The notes below the pieces were generated by a model. That model searched no databases. It was not told the DNA's origin and saw only the letters and a program-made list of their open reading frames with translations. From Eledone cirrhosa (Eukaryota): a stretch of 64,000 nucleotides of DNA. The stretch lies in contig OZ024741.1 of assembly GCA_964016885.1 (NCBI GenBank), forward strand, positions 327,174,001 through 327,238,000, in the 5' to 3' direction. The stretch's first letter is position 1. Every line of letters starts with the position of its first letter. The position numbers and the translations under genes were made by a program. Positions 42,345 to 55,764 of this stretch are shown in pieces.

Positions 42345-43168
42345 TAATATTTCATTATTTGGTTTTTCATTAAATAATGTTGTTTTAATAAGTTCAGCAA
42401 GAGAGATATTTATAGATGAATTAATTTCTCACTGGAAGATTTCGTTGAGGGAAATTTTCAATTGTTTATACTTTTGATTATTAACATTATCGATAGTATT
42501 TTCCACAATAGTCGAGGCAGACTCGGATAGTACACGTGGTGTCAAATTTCTTCCATTATTATTATTATCGATAGTGTTTTCCCCAGCATTCGTGCTAGAC
42601 TTAGGTTAGTACACGTGGTGTCAAGTTTCTTACAGGCATATTTATTTCAAGTCACTGATCGACCTGGCTGCTAGGAAGTCTACTAGCATGGCGACCTGTA
42701 GCACGCGTTGTTGATTCCATATTTGTTGTTAATAATATTTATCTTATTTTTACATTCAGCAAACGTCGCTTGTTGGTGTAATTATTTGCCATTTTATAAC
42801 AATTAAATAAATCATGATTAAGTTCGCAACTCCAACAGAAATGCGATTTATAATTTCGGTTTCTGCTGTAGCTACAACTGAATACATTTTGTTTACCTTT
42901 CTCTTTGTTTTTCTTCGGTACTTTCTTAATGTTGTTGTTGTTGATGTTGTGTCCTGCCATGCTGTTTGTAGCAAATCCTTGTAAAATGAATTATGTATTT
43001 AGTCGGATATCTTTACGAATTCGAACAGAAGGTGTCTTCAGTTAGGAGAAAATCCAGTTATTCAACATGACTGGTAGTTGTGGCATTACTGTCGGAGTTA
43101 GTATTCTTCTTAAGTTTAATGTATAGTCTCCCACACCAAGATATGCGACTGATAGCGTTGACTGTCCT
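42345..43168 (-). mobile_element. 5' fragment of the R4/Dong-like family, homologous to 20690-21606, adjoining (TATG)n
   Basis: Shared ctggaagatttcgtt...gcgactgat.gcgttgactgtc. About 90 bp deleted relative to the other copy. Confidence 0.85.
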
Positions 43169-43254
43169 ATGTATGTATGTATGTATGTATGTATGTATGT
43201 ATGTATGTATGTATGTATGTATGTATGTATGTATGTATGTATGTATGTATGTAT

Positions 43255-43862
43255 GTCAGGTCACCAGTTGGTGCTACTGGTAACATGTATCCCAGTACAA
43301 CCTGTCTCGTGGTCGGGTCGTTGGCGACTAAACTGGCAACCCCACCAAGGTTTCTTGGTGAGGAGGATGACTTTGGACATCCTGCAGGACTAAAAACAAA
43401 ACCTGTCAAAGGGCAAAGGAGCTCTTAAGAGTCAATGGCCATCCAAAATCACCGGGAGAGATGACCCCTTAGCCTTTGTCAAGGCAGAATTCTAGAAGAA
43501 GGAAAACTCTGATATAACACCTGCTACCCTGATGGTATCCAATGATGTTGACTTGTTCTTCTTTTTGGTAAATATCATCTTGGTTAAGAGAGTGGGACTG
43601 GCTTTGTGCAGTGCCTTTGCTCACTATAAAAGCTTCACGGCACAGGCATTGCTTTATATCTGGAGATCTCTCTGCACTTGTCGTCACATGGTACCATGGG
43701 CCCAGCACTATGTGTCAATAATTGTCACAAGTGTAGTGTTTGTACCAAAGTTTTCAAGTCGCTGGCTGGACTAAAAAGTCACACTCGTTCAGCGCATCGG
43801 TAGGGGTTCTCCTACATGGATATAAAGTAGTGGCCGTACTCAAAAACGAATTGGCAGCCACC
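43255..43862 (+). mobile_element. Copy 3 of the 608-bp non-coding element
   Basis: Collinear with 21694-22301. (TATG)n on both sides. Confidence 0.85.
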
Positions 43863-43948
43863 ATGTATGTATGTATGTATGTGTGTGTGTGCGTGTGTAT
43901 ACATATATTGGCACGACTCGATCAGACGTATAATATATACTATACTTC

Positions 43949-45617
43949 AATAATTGTTTCTACTTTTGGCACAAGCCCATCAATAAACCAGTGCATTACT
44001 GGTACTTTATTTTATCGACCCTGTAAGGATGGAAGGCAAAGTTAAACTCGGCGGGATTTGAACTCAGAGTACCAATAGCGTTAACTCTATTCTGCAAAGT
44101 ATGACGTCCAACCCTCTACCAATACTGCCAATCCACCCCTTCATGTTCTATCAACCCCAAATTAGCTTTACTGCGTAATGATAGAATATAACTAGTTTTA
44201 TTATTACATGCAGCCTAGTGTATAGGGTCCTGGGGTTATGCAATTATGTCCATCTTCGATTCATGGTTATGACGGTGCGTTATGTTTTCGAGTAAGTCAC
44301 TTCTATATTTATTTTATGTACGCCATATGTTTGTTTTTATGATTGTATGATGTTTGTGAAGCTCTATTTGAGCACTATTTTGAATTACTTTGATACAAGA
44401 ATTGTTGGGTAGGCGACGAAATAGTAGAAACATTTCAATGTCTGATAGAAGGCTTTACGTTAATATTTTCAGATGATGCTCCCTGAGTTCAAATCCCATC
44501 GATGTCAGCTTTGTTTTACAAAATTTCCCTGGCCACACAAAAAGTACCAGTTTGGTACTTTGGTCGATTCTCTTACTACATATCCTTTTCTCATTTTCTA
44601 TTCTTCTCTAGAAAAAATCTGCTGTGTTCAGACCTGGAAAAGGTGACGTTTCACTTGGTTTTAAATATGCACTAGAAACGGTATTTACGCTAGTTACGGG
44701 TCCATACATACTATAATTATTGGTGTATCAATGAATATGCAGAATGAACAGAAAACCGTTAGCATAATTTTAAATCTTTCAATCCTGACAATATGGAACG
44801 ATGTAATTGTATATATTATTTAAATTATGAATACAGATTTAAGCTCAAAGTCAGCAATTTGGAAGGATTGGTTGTGGATTTAATTGATTCAAATTTTGAT
44901 TGATACTTCTATATCTTATAGCTCCCAACAGGCTGGAAAGTGATCTTGACTTCGATGAGATTTGATATCAGAACGGATAGGGGCGGTGCTAATAGTTTTG
45001 CTGACGATCTAATGATTCTGGCTATTCGCTGCCATTTTAACTTCTGTAATAACATCCATTTGCAAGAAGAAATATGAAGTTGTTCGACTGTATTTGATAT
45101 AATGTTGAAATATGTGAAATAGAGAGGTGTCAGTCTATTAAATACAAGAAATACAGGATGTATAAATCGAGATTATTTAATATCGATTTCATTAATAGAA
45201 TGGTACATTTACCCTCTAAAGGTTTTAACTGGCAACGATTACGAATTTTGGTTGAAGGCCAGCAATTTTGCGCTAAGGGATACTCGATTACAATTGTTCC
45301 AGTAATTGACTTTGTCGACCTCAGATGCTGAACGTTTCTTACCTCGGCGTGATTTGAACTCATATTTAGAGAGCCTAAATAAATACTACTAAGCAGTTGA
45401 CGGAAGCTGTAATTGTACTGCCATTTTATCTTAAATTATAATGGTTTCTAATTTAAGCACAAGACCAACAATTTGGGGTTACGGTTAGTCGATTACATCG
45501 AGCTCAGTACTTGACTGGTACGTTACTTTCCCGACCTGGTAAGGATGAAAGACAAAGCTAACTTCGGCCGGATTTTAAGCCGATTTAAGAAGTTTTACCG
45601 CTACTGCCAATTTACCA
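43949..45617. mobile_element. Cluster of tRNA-SINE copies: 43949-44138 (-), ~44410-44560 (+), ~44836-45034 (-), ~45246-45424 (-), ~45443-45617 (-)
   Basis: Repeated ggcacaag...actggtac...aaggatgaaag.caaag...ggatttgaactc with varying decay. Confidence 0.7.
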
Positions 45618-47976
45618 ACCATTTTATTTTAAATAATAATACGCCAAAGCGGGGCTGAAATATGTTGTCTTCATTTCGATTATCTATGTTTCTCTGATTC
45701 AGTTATAAATGTTCTTGGGCATCGTACAAAATATATAGTTGATCAAATATTATTTAGATATAAAAAAGTTATGAATGTTCTAGCTTTTTCCCCTTTGATT
45801 TTGAAGATCACATAAAAGCAAATCAATAAATATAAAACAATAAGAAATGAGATAAATTAATCAGCATCATGAGGTGACGGGTTGTAACCAATCATTGAAA
45901 TATCAGAGAAATATAATATTAATGCTAATACACGTTGTCTCATTCATCAATTATATTATATTTGACTGTTATTTGAAAATATATCGCAATCATTCCTTCT
46001 TTTGAAATAATGATTTCTTCATTTTGGCACAAGGCCGACCTGCCTCAAAAAAAAAAGAAACAAGCCCAAAAAAAATATGTGGCTTCGTGCCATTGGTAGC
46101 AATTAAGATTTGCATATTTAACCATTCATCTTCATTATCGCTCATACATACACATTATTTGTGAATCAGCATGGAAACATCGGGTCGCTTCGACATACTT
46201 ACCGGTGTGTTTTTTTTTTATTTTAGTTGGTTCATTTACATGAAATTCAAAATATTGGAAAAAGAAGGCAAAGAATAAATGAAATAAACTTATATTAAAC
46301 CTAACTCCTAATGGAGTTTGAAACCAGTATTATAAATTTCTTATATACGTCTCGCCAATAACACAATGACGCAGTGTTGTATTATCATGTTGAACCTCCG
46401 TTGCTTACCGATTAGGTGTGTTCCTATTGATTCGAACTGTTCATAAAATTAACGTGCAGATCTTTGACCATTTCACATACACTTGCGCACTTAATTTAGT
46501 TCTACGGGAGATTCAACGTAGTACTGTGTGTGAAAAAGCTGGAACTTTGAATTTCACGTAAAACACATATTTTCCCACCTGCGTATACTGGAGCAATATG
46601 AAATGGAATTTGTTACCCAAGGGCACAACTTGCTGCTGAGCATAATACATATTAAGCCACACATCTTTACAATACATCGTGTAGTGTTGGAAAGTCTGTG
46701 TGACTCCTAATATATCTATATCAATCGATTGACAAATTCACACACATTATACGTGTGTCCAATGGGGCAAAACTCGTCAAATTGGACCAAGGAAACAATG
46801 TTTCCATTGGCCTTTCTATTACTGATGTCCTTTCCTGGCTGATTACATGTGGCACTTTCTGATTTAGTGGGTATTGTCTTTTAACTCAAAATCTCATGGA
46901 AATGTGATATTCCACGTATCTTATGAATTTAAAACGACCGTCATGAACAATCCCAATGCAGTATCTCGAGGGGACATCGACCTCTCTCACTCCTGGCTTG
47001 AAACAACAGAGTAGTATCACTAAAATGATAACATTCCATTGTTATTTAAAAAAGGACACGTAATAATGTAATTTTTGTAGATTAGAACAAACTTAATTAG
47101 CAAAAGGAATGATAATAGAGCCTTTTATCACAAATCTGATCGAGTAAGTCTGGTGTCTGACTAAGTACGAAGAATAACCACAAAAACATCTACTACTACT
47201 GCTGTTGCTGCTACTACTATCATTACTACCACCCACTCATTCTACTACTACTACTATCTATATATTACTAAACGTCTATGATTGCTTGCTTACTTGTCTG
47301 TAATGTAATACAGCCAAAAGGGCGCATAATGGGAAAATACTTTGAAAGCAAGTTGCCACTGAAATGGGAATACAAATAGAATAAAACAAGTTTCGCGTAA
47401 ATCGAAGCACGGGTTCCCGAGATATGGGGTTTTCTGGGTACCTTCATGAACAGAGAGAGAGAGATAGAGATAGAGAAGGATAGAGAGAAAGAGATACTGG
47501 TTGTGAGAGAGTAGATTGAAAAAGAAGAGTAGATTGAAACATAGAGAGGGGGAGAAGAGACAGAGAAGGAGAAATGAAGAGAGAGACTAAGCTGGTGGTG
47601 TTGTTGTGTATATATATGGGAGTGTGTGTATATATATACGCGTGTGTATATGTCTGTGTGTGTCTATGACCAGTGTATATATAGATCACAGACACCCACA
47701 AATATACATAGACACACACACACACACACATATATATGTATACAAACACACTCATTTATATATATACATACACACACGTATATATATATGGGCCTTCCAG
47801 TTTTATTTTATATTATATACATCTTTGTTATGTATATTTTAATTATTTAAAAATTATTTTTAAGTGAACATGATGTAAAAAAAATATTTTGAAGCGAACG
47901 TGCCGCAACGGGTCTAGTTACTACTACTAAAAAAATAATACGTAAACAAAAATTACTACTATTACATAAATATTAG

Positions 47977-48173
47977 ATTCTGATTTAGGTACCAGGTCAA
48001 TCATTTTGAGGGAGAAGAATCTCGGCATTACTGGTTATTTATTTTCTCGACGCCATAATGATGAAAGGCAAATCTAACATCGGCTGGATTTGATCGCAGA
48101 TCATAAAGGGACGTAACTCTATGTCATAAAGCATCTTTGCCCGACGCTCTAGCAATACTGCCAATACATCACC
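47977..48173 (-). mobile_element. tRNA-derived SINE, diverged
   Basis: gcattactggt...gatgaaaggcaaatctaacatcggctggatttg...gcaatactgccaatac. Confidence 0.75.
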
Positions 48174-48313
48174 TACTGCTACACAAATATTAATAACTTT
48201 TTCAAACCACCGCCAATTGTAATCAAATTAAAAGGCAATAATATTTGATTCTTCAACCGCAAACATCATGCTATTGTGTCCATTTCATTCACCTAGCTAT
48301 TCATGGGCTGACG

Positions 48314-48372
48314 CTACTACTACTGCTACTACTACTACTACTACTACAGCAGCAGCAGAAGCAACAGTGATG

Positions 48373-48416
<44 letters not shown>

Positions 48417-48527
48417 AATAACAACAACAAGAACGGCAGCAGCAACAACAACAACAACAACGACTACTACAACAACAACAACAATAAACAAAAACAACAA
48501 CAGCAACAACAACGTCTACTACTACTA

Positions 48528-48570
<43 letters not shown>

Positions 48571-48663
48571 AATAACAACAACAATAACAGCAGCAGCAAC
48601 AACAACAACAACAACGACTACTACAACAACAACAACAATAAACAGCAACAGCAACAACAACGT

Positions 48664-48716
<53 letters not shown>

Positions 48717-48752
48717 GCTACTACTACTACTACTACTACTGCCGCTGCTGCA
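48314..48752. repeat. Compound (CTA)n/(CAA)n/(CAG)n trinucleotide array
   Basis: Direct reading. Confidence 0.97.
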
Positions 48753-48967
48753 TTAAAATCAGATTAACCGTAACTAGTTAGCTTGTCATGGAATATATAC
48801 ATTGCGTTGGTTTTTCACCCTTGGTTTCCAATAAACATCGTTCACAATCCTTCAATTAGCTATTGCACGTCTTTGTGTGTATGTATTTATATCTATGCCT
48901 TTATACGTACATATACGCTGTATCGGTACATACTCATAAACACACTAACACACACATTTATAAATAT

Positions 48968-49487
<520 letters not shown>

Positions 49488-49795
49488 TAAATTGAGGAAT
49501 TTATGTGGGGTGGTACTACTGAAAATTATGGTTAGAGTCGAATACTAGAAAGTTTACATATAAAAAGACTTATGTTGGTTGACCTGCACATCCACTCACA
49601 CCCACCCCCACAGACACACACAGACACATCCACACATACAAATTGAGGAATTTATGTGGGGTGGTAATACTGAAAAATTATGGTTAGAGTCAAAAACTTA
49701 GAAAATTTACAAATGAAAAGACTTATGTTGGTTGACTTGTACATACACTCACACCTACACCCACAGACATATACATACATCTACACGCACAAATC
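49488..49795. repeat. Tandem duplication of ~150 bp
   Basis: aaattgaggaatttatgtggggtggta...aaaagacttatgttggttgac at 49489 and 49640. Confidence 0.85.
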
Positions 49796-50289
49796 CATAC
49801 AGGTGTGTATATACATATATGTACGTACAAGTGCATATATATATATACAACACAGACCTCCAAATCCAAGTATAAGGCAGACATAAAACGATGTGGGTGT
49901 TATTTTAAAGAAAAGTAAAGTGGGTGTTTGGAAAGGTTATTGTTTAGACTAGACAAAAGTAGTGTGATATATATATTCACAGCAATAGCTTGGGGGCTTT
50001 GGAGCTTAGGCGAATCCCTTAGTACATACATATATAGGTACACGCACCCACCCACACTTTTATACCTCTGGATGCTTGTATATGTCTATATACACATTTG
50101 CACTCATACAAGAGAGCATATACAAATATACTCTTAAGCATACACTCGAACATTTTTCAAATGTTACCTGGGATATTAGTATTTCGTTGTGTTCACAGGA
50201 GTGTGTACATTCACGTAATCCCAGTATACACACACAATGCACGGTTGCGGGCACAAATTCATGCGTATAGGGTTAGTACCTTAGGATAA

Positions 50290-51500
50290 TTGTTCTTAAT
50301 AGTGTGGGCCACTCCCGGGAGGGGGGTCCTCAGGTTCAATAAACGTGGTTTTGCTGACTCTTAACCAGTAGAGGATCCGGTGGACAATCCACTATAGCGA
50401 CCACAAACAATGGGTGGGTGTTGTTGCCCATTGTTCATTGGTACGGGGTGTAGGGGACCTACAGGGGGGAGGACGTTGTGGGAGGCCATAACCGGGGTTT
50501 ATCCATATAGCTTGAGAAAGGTTCCCGTCCTTAGGTGTCTGCAGGCGCCGAATAAGTCGGCCCTTCTGTTTAATAGCTTGGTTCCGCCATGAAGTATCTC
50601 GAGTGTCTCATTAAGACAGATGTTGCAAATACCAGACCCACCTCTGCCTGGGGGAACCTTTCTAACCATGGACCAGACCAGAGAGTGCGGTGTCTTTTCA
50701 AGTTTGAGCTTCCAGATCAATTCAGAAAGGGCCGTACGTTTCCTCTTTTCTATTCTGTTAAAGGAATGGTGATGGTTATACCACCTATCTTTGAAGTTCG
50801 TCGCCGTGGATCCTATGTAGTGGTGCTCCGAGTTAGAGGTTGCGACCTTGCACCTGTAGACTACGTTTTTCGTCATGCATTCAATTCTAAGGGGGCATAG
50901 TGATGGGTCTCTGCGATTGCATGACTTCTTAAGCCCCTGCACATGTACCACGTGGTTACTATCACTCGGGGTTGGCTGGGTAGCCGCCGCAATCAGCACA
51001 GGGTCGTTGGGTTCCGCTGTGCTAGTTGGGCCTGTCCGGGGTCTGGTGCGTCCCGCGTGCTGGTTCCGTTGGGTGCTCCGGTGTTTACGGTGGTATTAGA
51101 GGCAGTGAGCCTATTCCTGTTTATGGCGGCTATATGCTGGACTACGGAGCGTGTGGTTGAGTAGGAAAATTTCACCGTGTGCCTGTTGAATATTTTTATG
51201 GTACTTGCGGGCCCTAGGGAAACATTTAACCAGTACTCTAAAGAATGTTCTAGCCAGGCTGGTACGTGGACCCACCGAGTACGGGGGGTTATACCATGTG
51301 ACCTTTCTGGTTTTATTCTTGCGGGATTGTTGGGTGTCCGCTGTGGTCCATCGCGGGGTTGTGCACAGCTCAGGTCGAGCTCGGTTGATGTCACTCAGGT
51401 GTGCGAGCGGTCACTATGATGAGGGTTATATTGGCCCACCGTGGGTCTATAAACCTGCGCGGTGCGGCCTCCCTGCACAAGGAGGGTTCGGAGGGGGGCG
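50290..51500 (-). mobile_element. GC-rich PLE remnant (RT thumb, Cys linker, GIY-YIG)
   Basis: KIFNRHTVKFSYST, CNRRDPSLCPLRIEC, NVVYRCKV...YIGSTATNFKDRWYNH, CNICLNE, CRH. Confidence 0.88.
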
Positions 51501-51611
51501 GTGCAGGGGTGCCACAATCTTTCATCCATACGTATATATATATATGTATGGATGAAAAATTGTCAGCAAATAAAAACTGTTTGAGTATGTAAGCGTTCTT
51601 TGATTTCTTTT

Positions 51612-51642
<31 letters not shown>

Positions 51643-52059
51643 CATGCATACATTCCTTTACACAAACTTACTCACACACACATATATATATACACAAAAA
51701 TACATACATACATATATATAATGCTTTAGCACGACTCCTACTAATTCATCAATACAGAGTCGACTAATACTATACGTTTCATTATTTTCCAGTCTTTCAC
51801 ATATTAACACAAAACTAGATACCTGTCTGACTAATCCAATCACCTACCCTACACATCAGCCTGCACTACACTCAGGCAGCCACCCAACACAACTAGATAA
51901 TATACTGACTGATAGTTTCTTTTCCTAACCAACCAGCATAACACTGCGGCGGACAGCCATCCCTGTTTATATGTAAGGAACATCCTTTCTGCTTTTTTTT
52001 CATTGAAAATTACCTTCGCCTTCAATATTCTTAATTTGTATCATGCTATTCACCGGTGA

Positions 52060-52600
52060 ACAACGAAATCATTATCATCATCATCATCATTAATGTCATG
52101 ATTATGATGATAATCATCATTATCGTTGTACTGGTTGTCGTCCTTATTGTCGTTGTCTTTATCATCTTCATACTCATCACCACCATATTCCTCAACGAAA
52201 TCATTTTTAGCATCACAATCATCGTCATCATCAACCTCATCATCTTAGTAATCATCACCACCATCATCATCATCATCATCATCATAATCACCACCATCAT
52301 CACCATGACCACCATCATCACCATGACCGCCATCATCACCACCACAAACATCACCATCACCACCACAACCACCAACACCATCATCACCATCATCATCACC
52401 ATCATCACCCTCACCATCATCACTCCCACCACCATCATCATCATCAGCAGCATTACCATCACCACCATGAACACCATCATCACCACCACCATGACCACCA
52501 TCATCACCACAACCACCATCACCATCACCACCACCACCACTATCATCATCACCAGCACCACCATCACAATCATCATCATAACCATCATCAACATAATCGC
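52060..52600. repeat. (CAT/CAC)n trinucleotide field; a smaller one lies at 52870-52985
   Basis: Direct reading. Confidence 0.95.
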
Positions 52601-52604
52601 CATT

Positions 52605-52796
52605 CGGTGGATTGGCAGTATCGGTATAGGGTCGGACGCCATGCTTTGAAGCATAGAGTTACCTCCTTTTATGATCGGAGTTCAAATCCCGCCGAGGTTA
52701 ACTTTGCCTTTCATCCTTACGGGGTCGATAAAATAAAGTACCAGTAATGCACTGAGATAATTGCTGGCCTTGTGCCAAAAGTAGAAACAATTATTA
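52605..52796 (+). mobile_element. tRNA-derived SINE; isolated tail fragment at 53008-53050
   Basis: tggcagtatcgg...gagttcaaatccc...ttgcctttcatccttacggggtcgataaaataaagtaccag. Confidence 0.88.
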
Positions 52797-53184
52797 GCAT
52801 TGTTACTATTTACATTATTATTTATATTAGGAGTACGCTTATCATTCATAAGAATATTTTTATTATTTTATTATTATCATCATCATCATCACCACCATCA
52901 TCATCGTCACCACCATCATCATCATCATCATCATCACCACCACCATCATCACCGCCACCATCATCTTAATCATCACCATTATTATTATTTGCGTTGTAAT
53001 GCACAGGGTAATTGCTGGCCTTGTGCCTAAAGTAGAAACAATTATTATTATTTGCGTTAGTAATAGATTGTAACATATAGGTGGGCAGAGGGGTTGTTCT
53101 AATAACATGTTCGACGCAATAACGCTGAAGTTACGGAACGTTTATTGAAAATATCCCTGAAAATTAATTAATAATTTACAACAA

Positions 53185-53266
53185 AACCACCACCACCGCC
53201 ACCAACAACAACACCACCACCAACAACAACAACGCCACCACCACCACCAACAACAACAACGACAAC

Positions 53267-53330
<64 letters not shown>

Positions 53331-53694
53331 CCCCACCACCCCCACCACCACCACCAACACCACCACAACCACCAACGAGAACAACAACAGAAACACCACA
53401 ATCAACAACAACAGTATCAACGGCAACAGCAACAACACCACCACCACCAACAACAACAACACCACCTGCACCACCACCACCAACTACAACAACACCACCA
53501 CCAACAACAACAACAATATCAACGGCAACAACAACAAACACAATATCAACGGCAACAACAACAACAACACCACCACCAACAACAACAACGCCACCGGCAC
53601 CACCAACTACAACAACACCACCACCACCAACAACAACAACAACAGCACCACCAACACCACCACCAACCACAACAATATCAACGGCAACAACAAC

Positions 53695-53726
<32 letters not shown>

Positions 53727-54481
53727 CAACAACAACACCGCCACCACCAACAACAACAACAACAACATCACCACCACCACCAACAACAACAACAACACCA
53801 CCACCACCAACACCACCACCACCAACACCACCACCAACAACAACAATATCAACGGCAACAACAACAACACCACCACCAACACCACCACCAACAACAACAA
53901 TATCAACGGCAACAGCAACAACACGACCACCATCAACAACAACAACAACAACAACATCACCACCACCACCAACAACAACAACAACACCACCACCACCAAC
54001 ACCACCACCACCAACACCACCACCAACAACAACAATATCAACGGCAACAACAACAACACCACCACCAACAACAACAACAACAACAACACCACCACCATGA
54101 CCACCACAACCACCACCAACAACAGCAACACCAACAACACCAACAACAACAACAACAATATCAACGGCAACAACAACAACACCACCACCACCACCACAAC
54201 CACCAATAACAACAACACCACCACCGCCACCACCACCACCACCAACAACACCACCACAACCACCAACAACAACAACACCAACACCACCACCAACAACAAC
54301 AATATCAACGGCAACAACGATAACAACAACATCAACAATATTAACTCAGCATACCCTGCTGCATCTGAACAATTACAACAGACAACAAACTTAACACAAC
54401 AACAACAACAATAATAACGACAACAACAGCAATAACAATAACAATGGCAATAACTGCATCATGAACAACAATGGCAACAGT

Positions 54482-54532
<51 letters not shown>

Positions 54533-54555
54533 CACTACCACTACTACTACTACTA
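53185..54555. repeat. (CAA/CAC)n field with recurring caatatcaacggcaac unit, ending in (CTA)n
   Basis: Direct reading. Unit seen at 53514, 53541, 53672, 53844, 53898, 54033, 54156 and 54300. Confidence 0.95.
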
Positions 54556-54736
54556 ACTGCATGTCAATTTAGAACATAACAAGAACTAGACCACAGCAGC
54601 CATTCAAAAGCACAAGGCCACAAACCACACGCACCAAAAACAAATGAAATTAATAGAATTATTGGCCAATATGATTCAACCGACAACTACGATGTTTGCT
54701 TCGAAATTGTGTTTATTGTTAACGAAATGGTAAAAA

Positions 54737-55136
54737 CTGTTTCTACTGTTGGCACAAGTCCAGCAATTATCCCAGTTCATTACTGGTACTTTATTTCATC
54801 ACCCCGTAAGGATGAAAGGCAAAGTTAACCTCGGTGGGTTTTGAACCCAGACCGCAAAGGGTCGTAACTCTATGCTGCAAAGCTTTGCGTCCGACCCTCT
54901 AGTGCCAATCCATCGCCACTTGTTTTTGTTATTACCACGAAATGATAATTGTTTCTACTTTTGGCACAAGGCCAGCAAATAAACAGTACATTACTGGTAC
55001 TTTATTTTATCGACCCAGTAAGGATGAAAGGCAAAGTTAACCTCGTCGGGATTTGAACTCAGACCATAAAGGGGCGTAACTCTTTGATTCAAAGGCATGG
55101 CGTCCGACCCTCCACCGATACTGCCATTCCACCGCC
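54737..55136 (-). mobile_element. Two tandem tRNA-SINE copies (54737-54917 and 54946-55136)
   Basis: Both are reverse matches to the 52605 copy. Confidence 0.88.
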
Positions 55137-55764
55137 CACGAAATGATAATAACAATAGGTTGTACCTGTAATATCAACAGTAAAGGCAATAGAAGCAGTA
55201 GCAGCAACATTCGCAGTAAGAACAATGGTTGAAGCAACAGCAATAGCATTAGGATCAGTAATAATAGTGAAATCAGACTTAAACAGCAGCAATAAATACG
55301 TAACAGCAACAATAGCAACAGTAGCCTGATTATCAACAAGAAAAACAACAGCAGCAATAACAAGAATAGTTGAAGCAGCAGCAATAGCATTAACATCAAC
55401 AACATTAATGTGCCATCAGACTTACACAGCAGCAATACATACGTAACAGCAACAATGGCCACAGTAGCCTGATTATCAACAATAAAAACAAGAACAACAT
55501 CAGTTGTGGTACGACCATTAATAACATCAACAGCCAGACCAATAAAATATAAACAACTGAGAAAGTTATACATTGTGTCTACACTACAGCAGTAACAATG
55601 GAAGCCATAATAGAACCATCTGTAGATAGCAACAGCAACAGTACCATCGTTAGCAGCAGTAGTAAACTATTGTAAACATCTTGATAATAGCTATAGAAGC
55701 AACAGAAAGAAGAACAATCGTAGGGCCGTCAGTGACGACAACAGCAACAACAGTAACATTAGCA

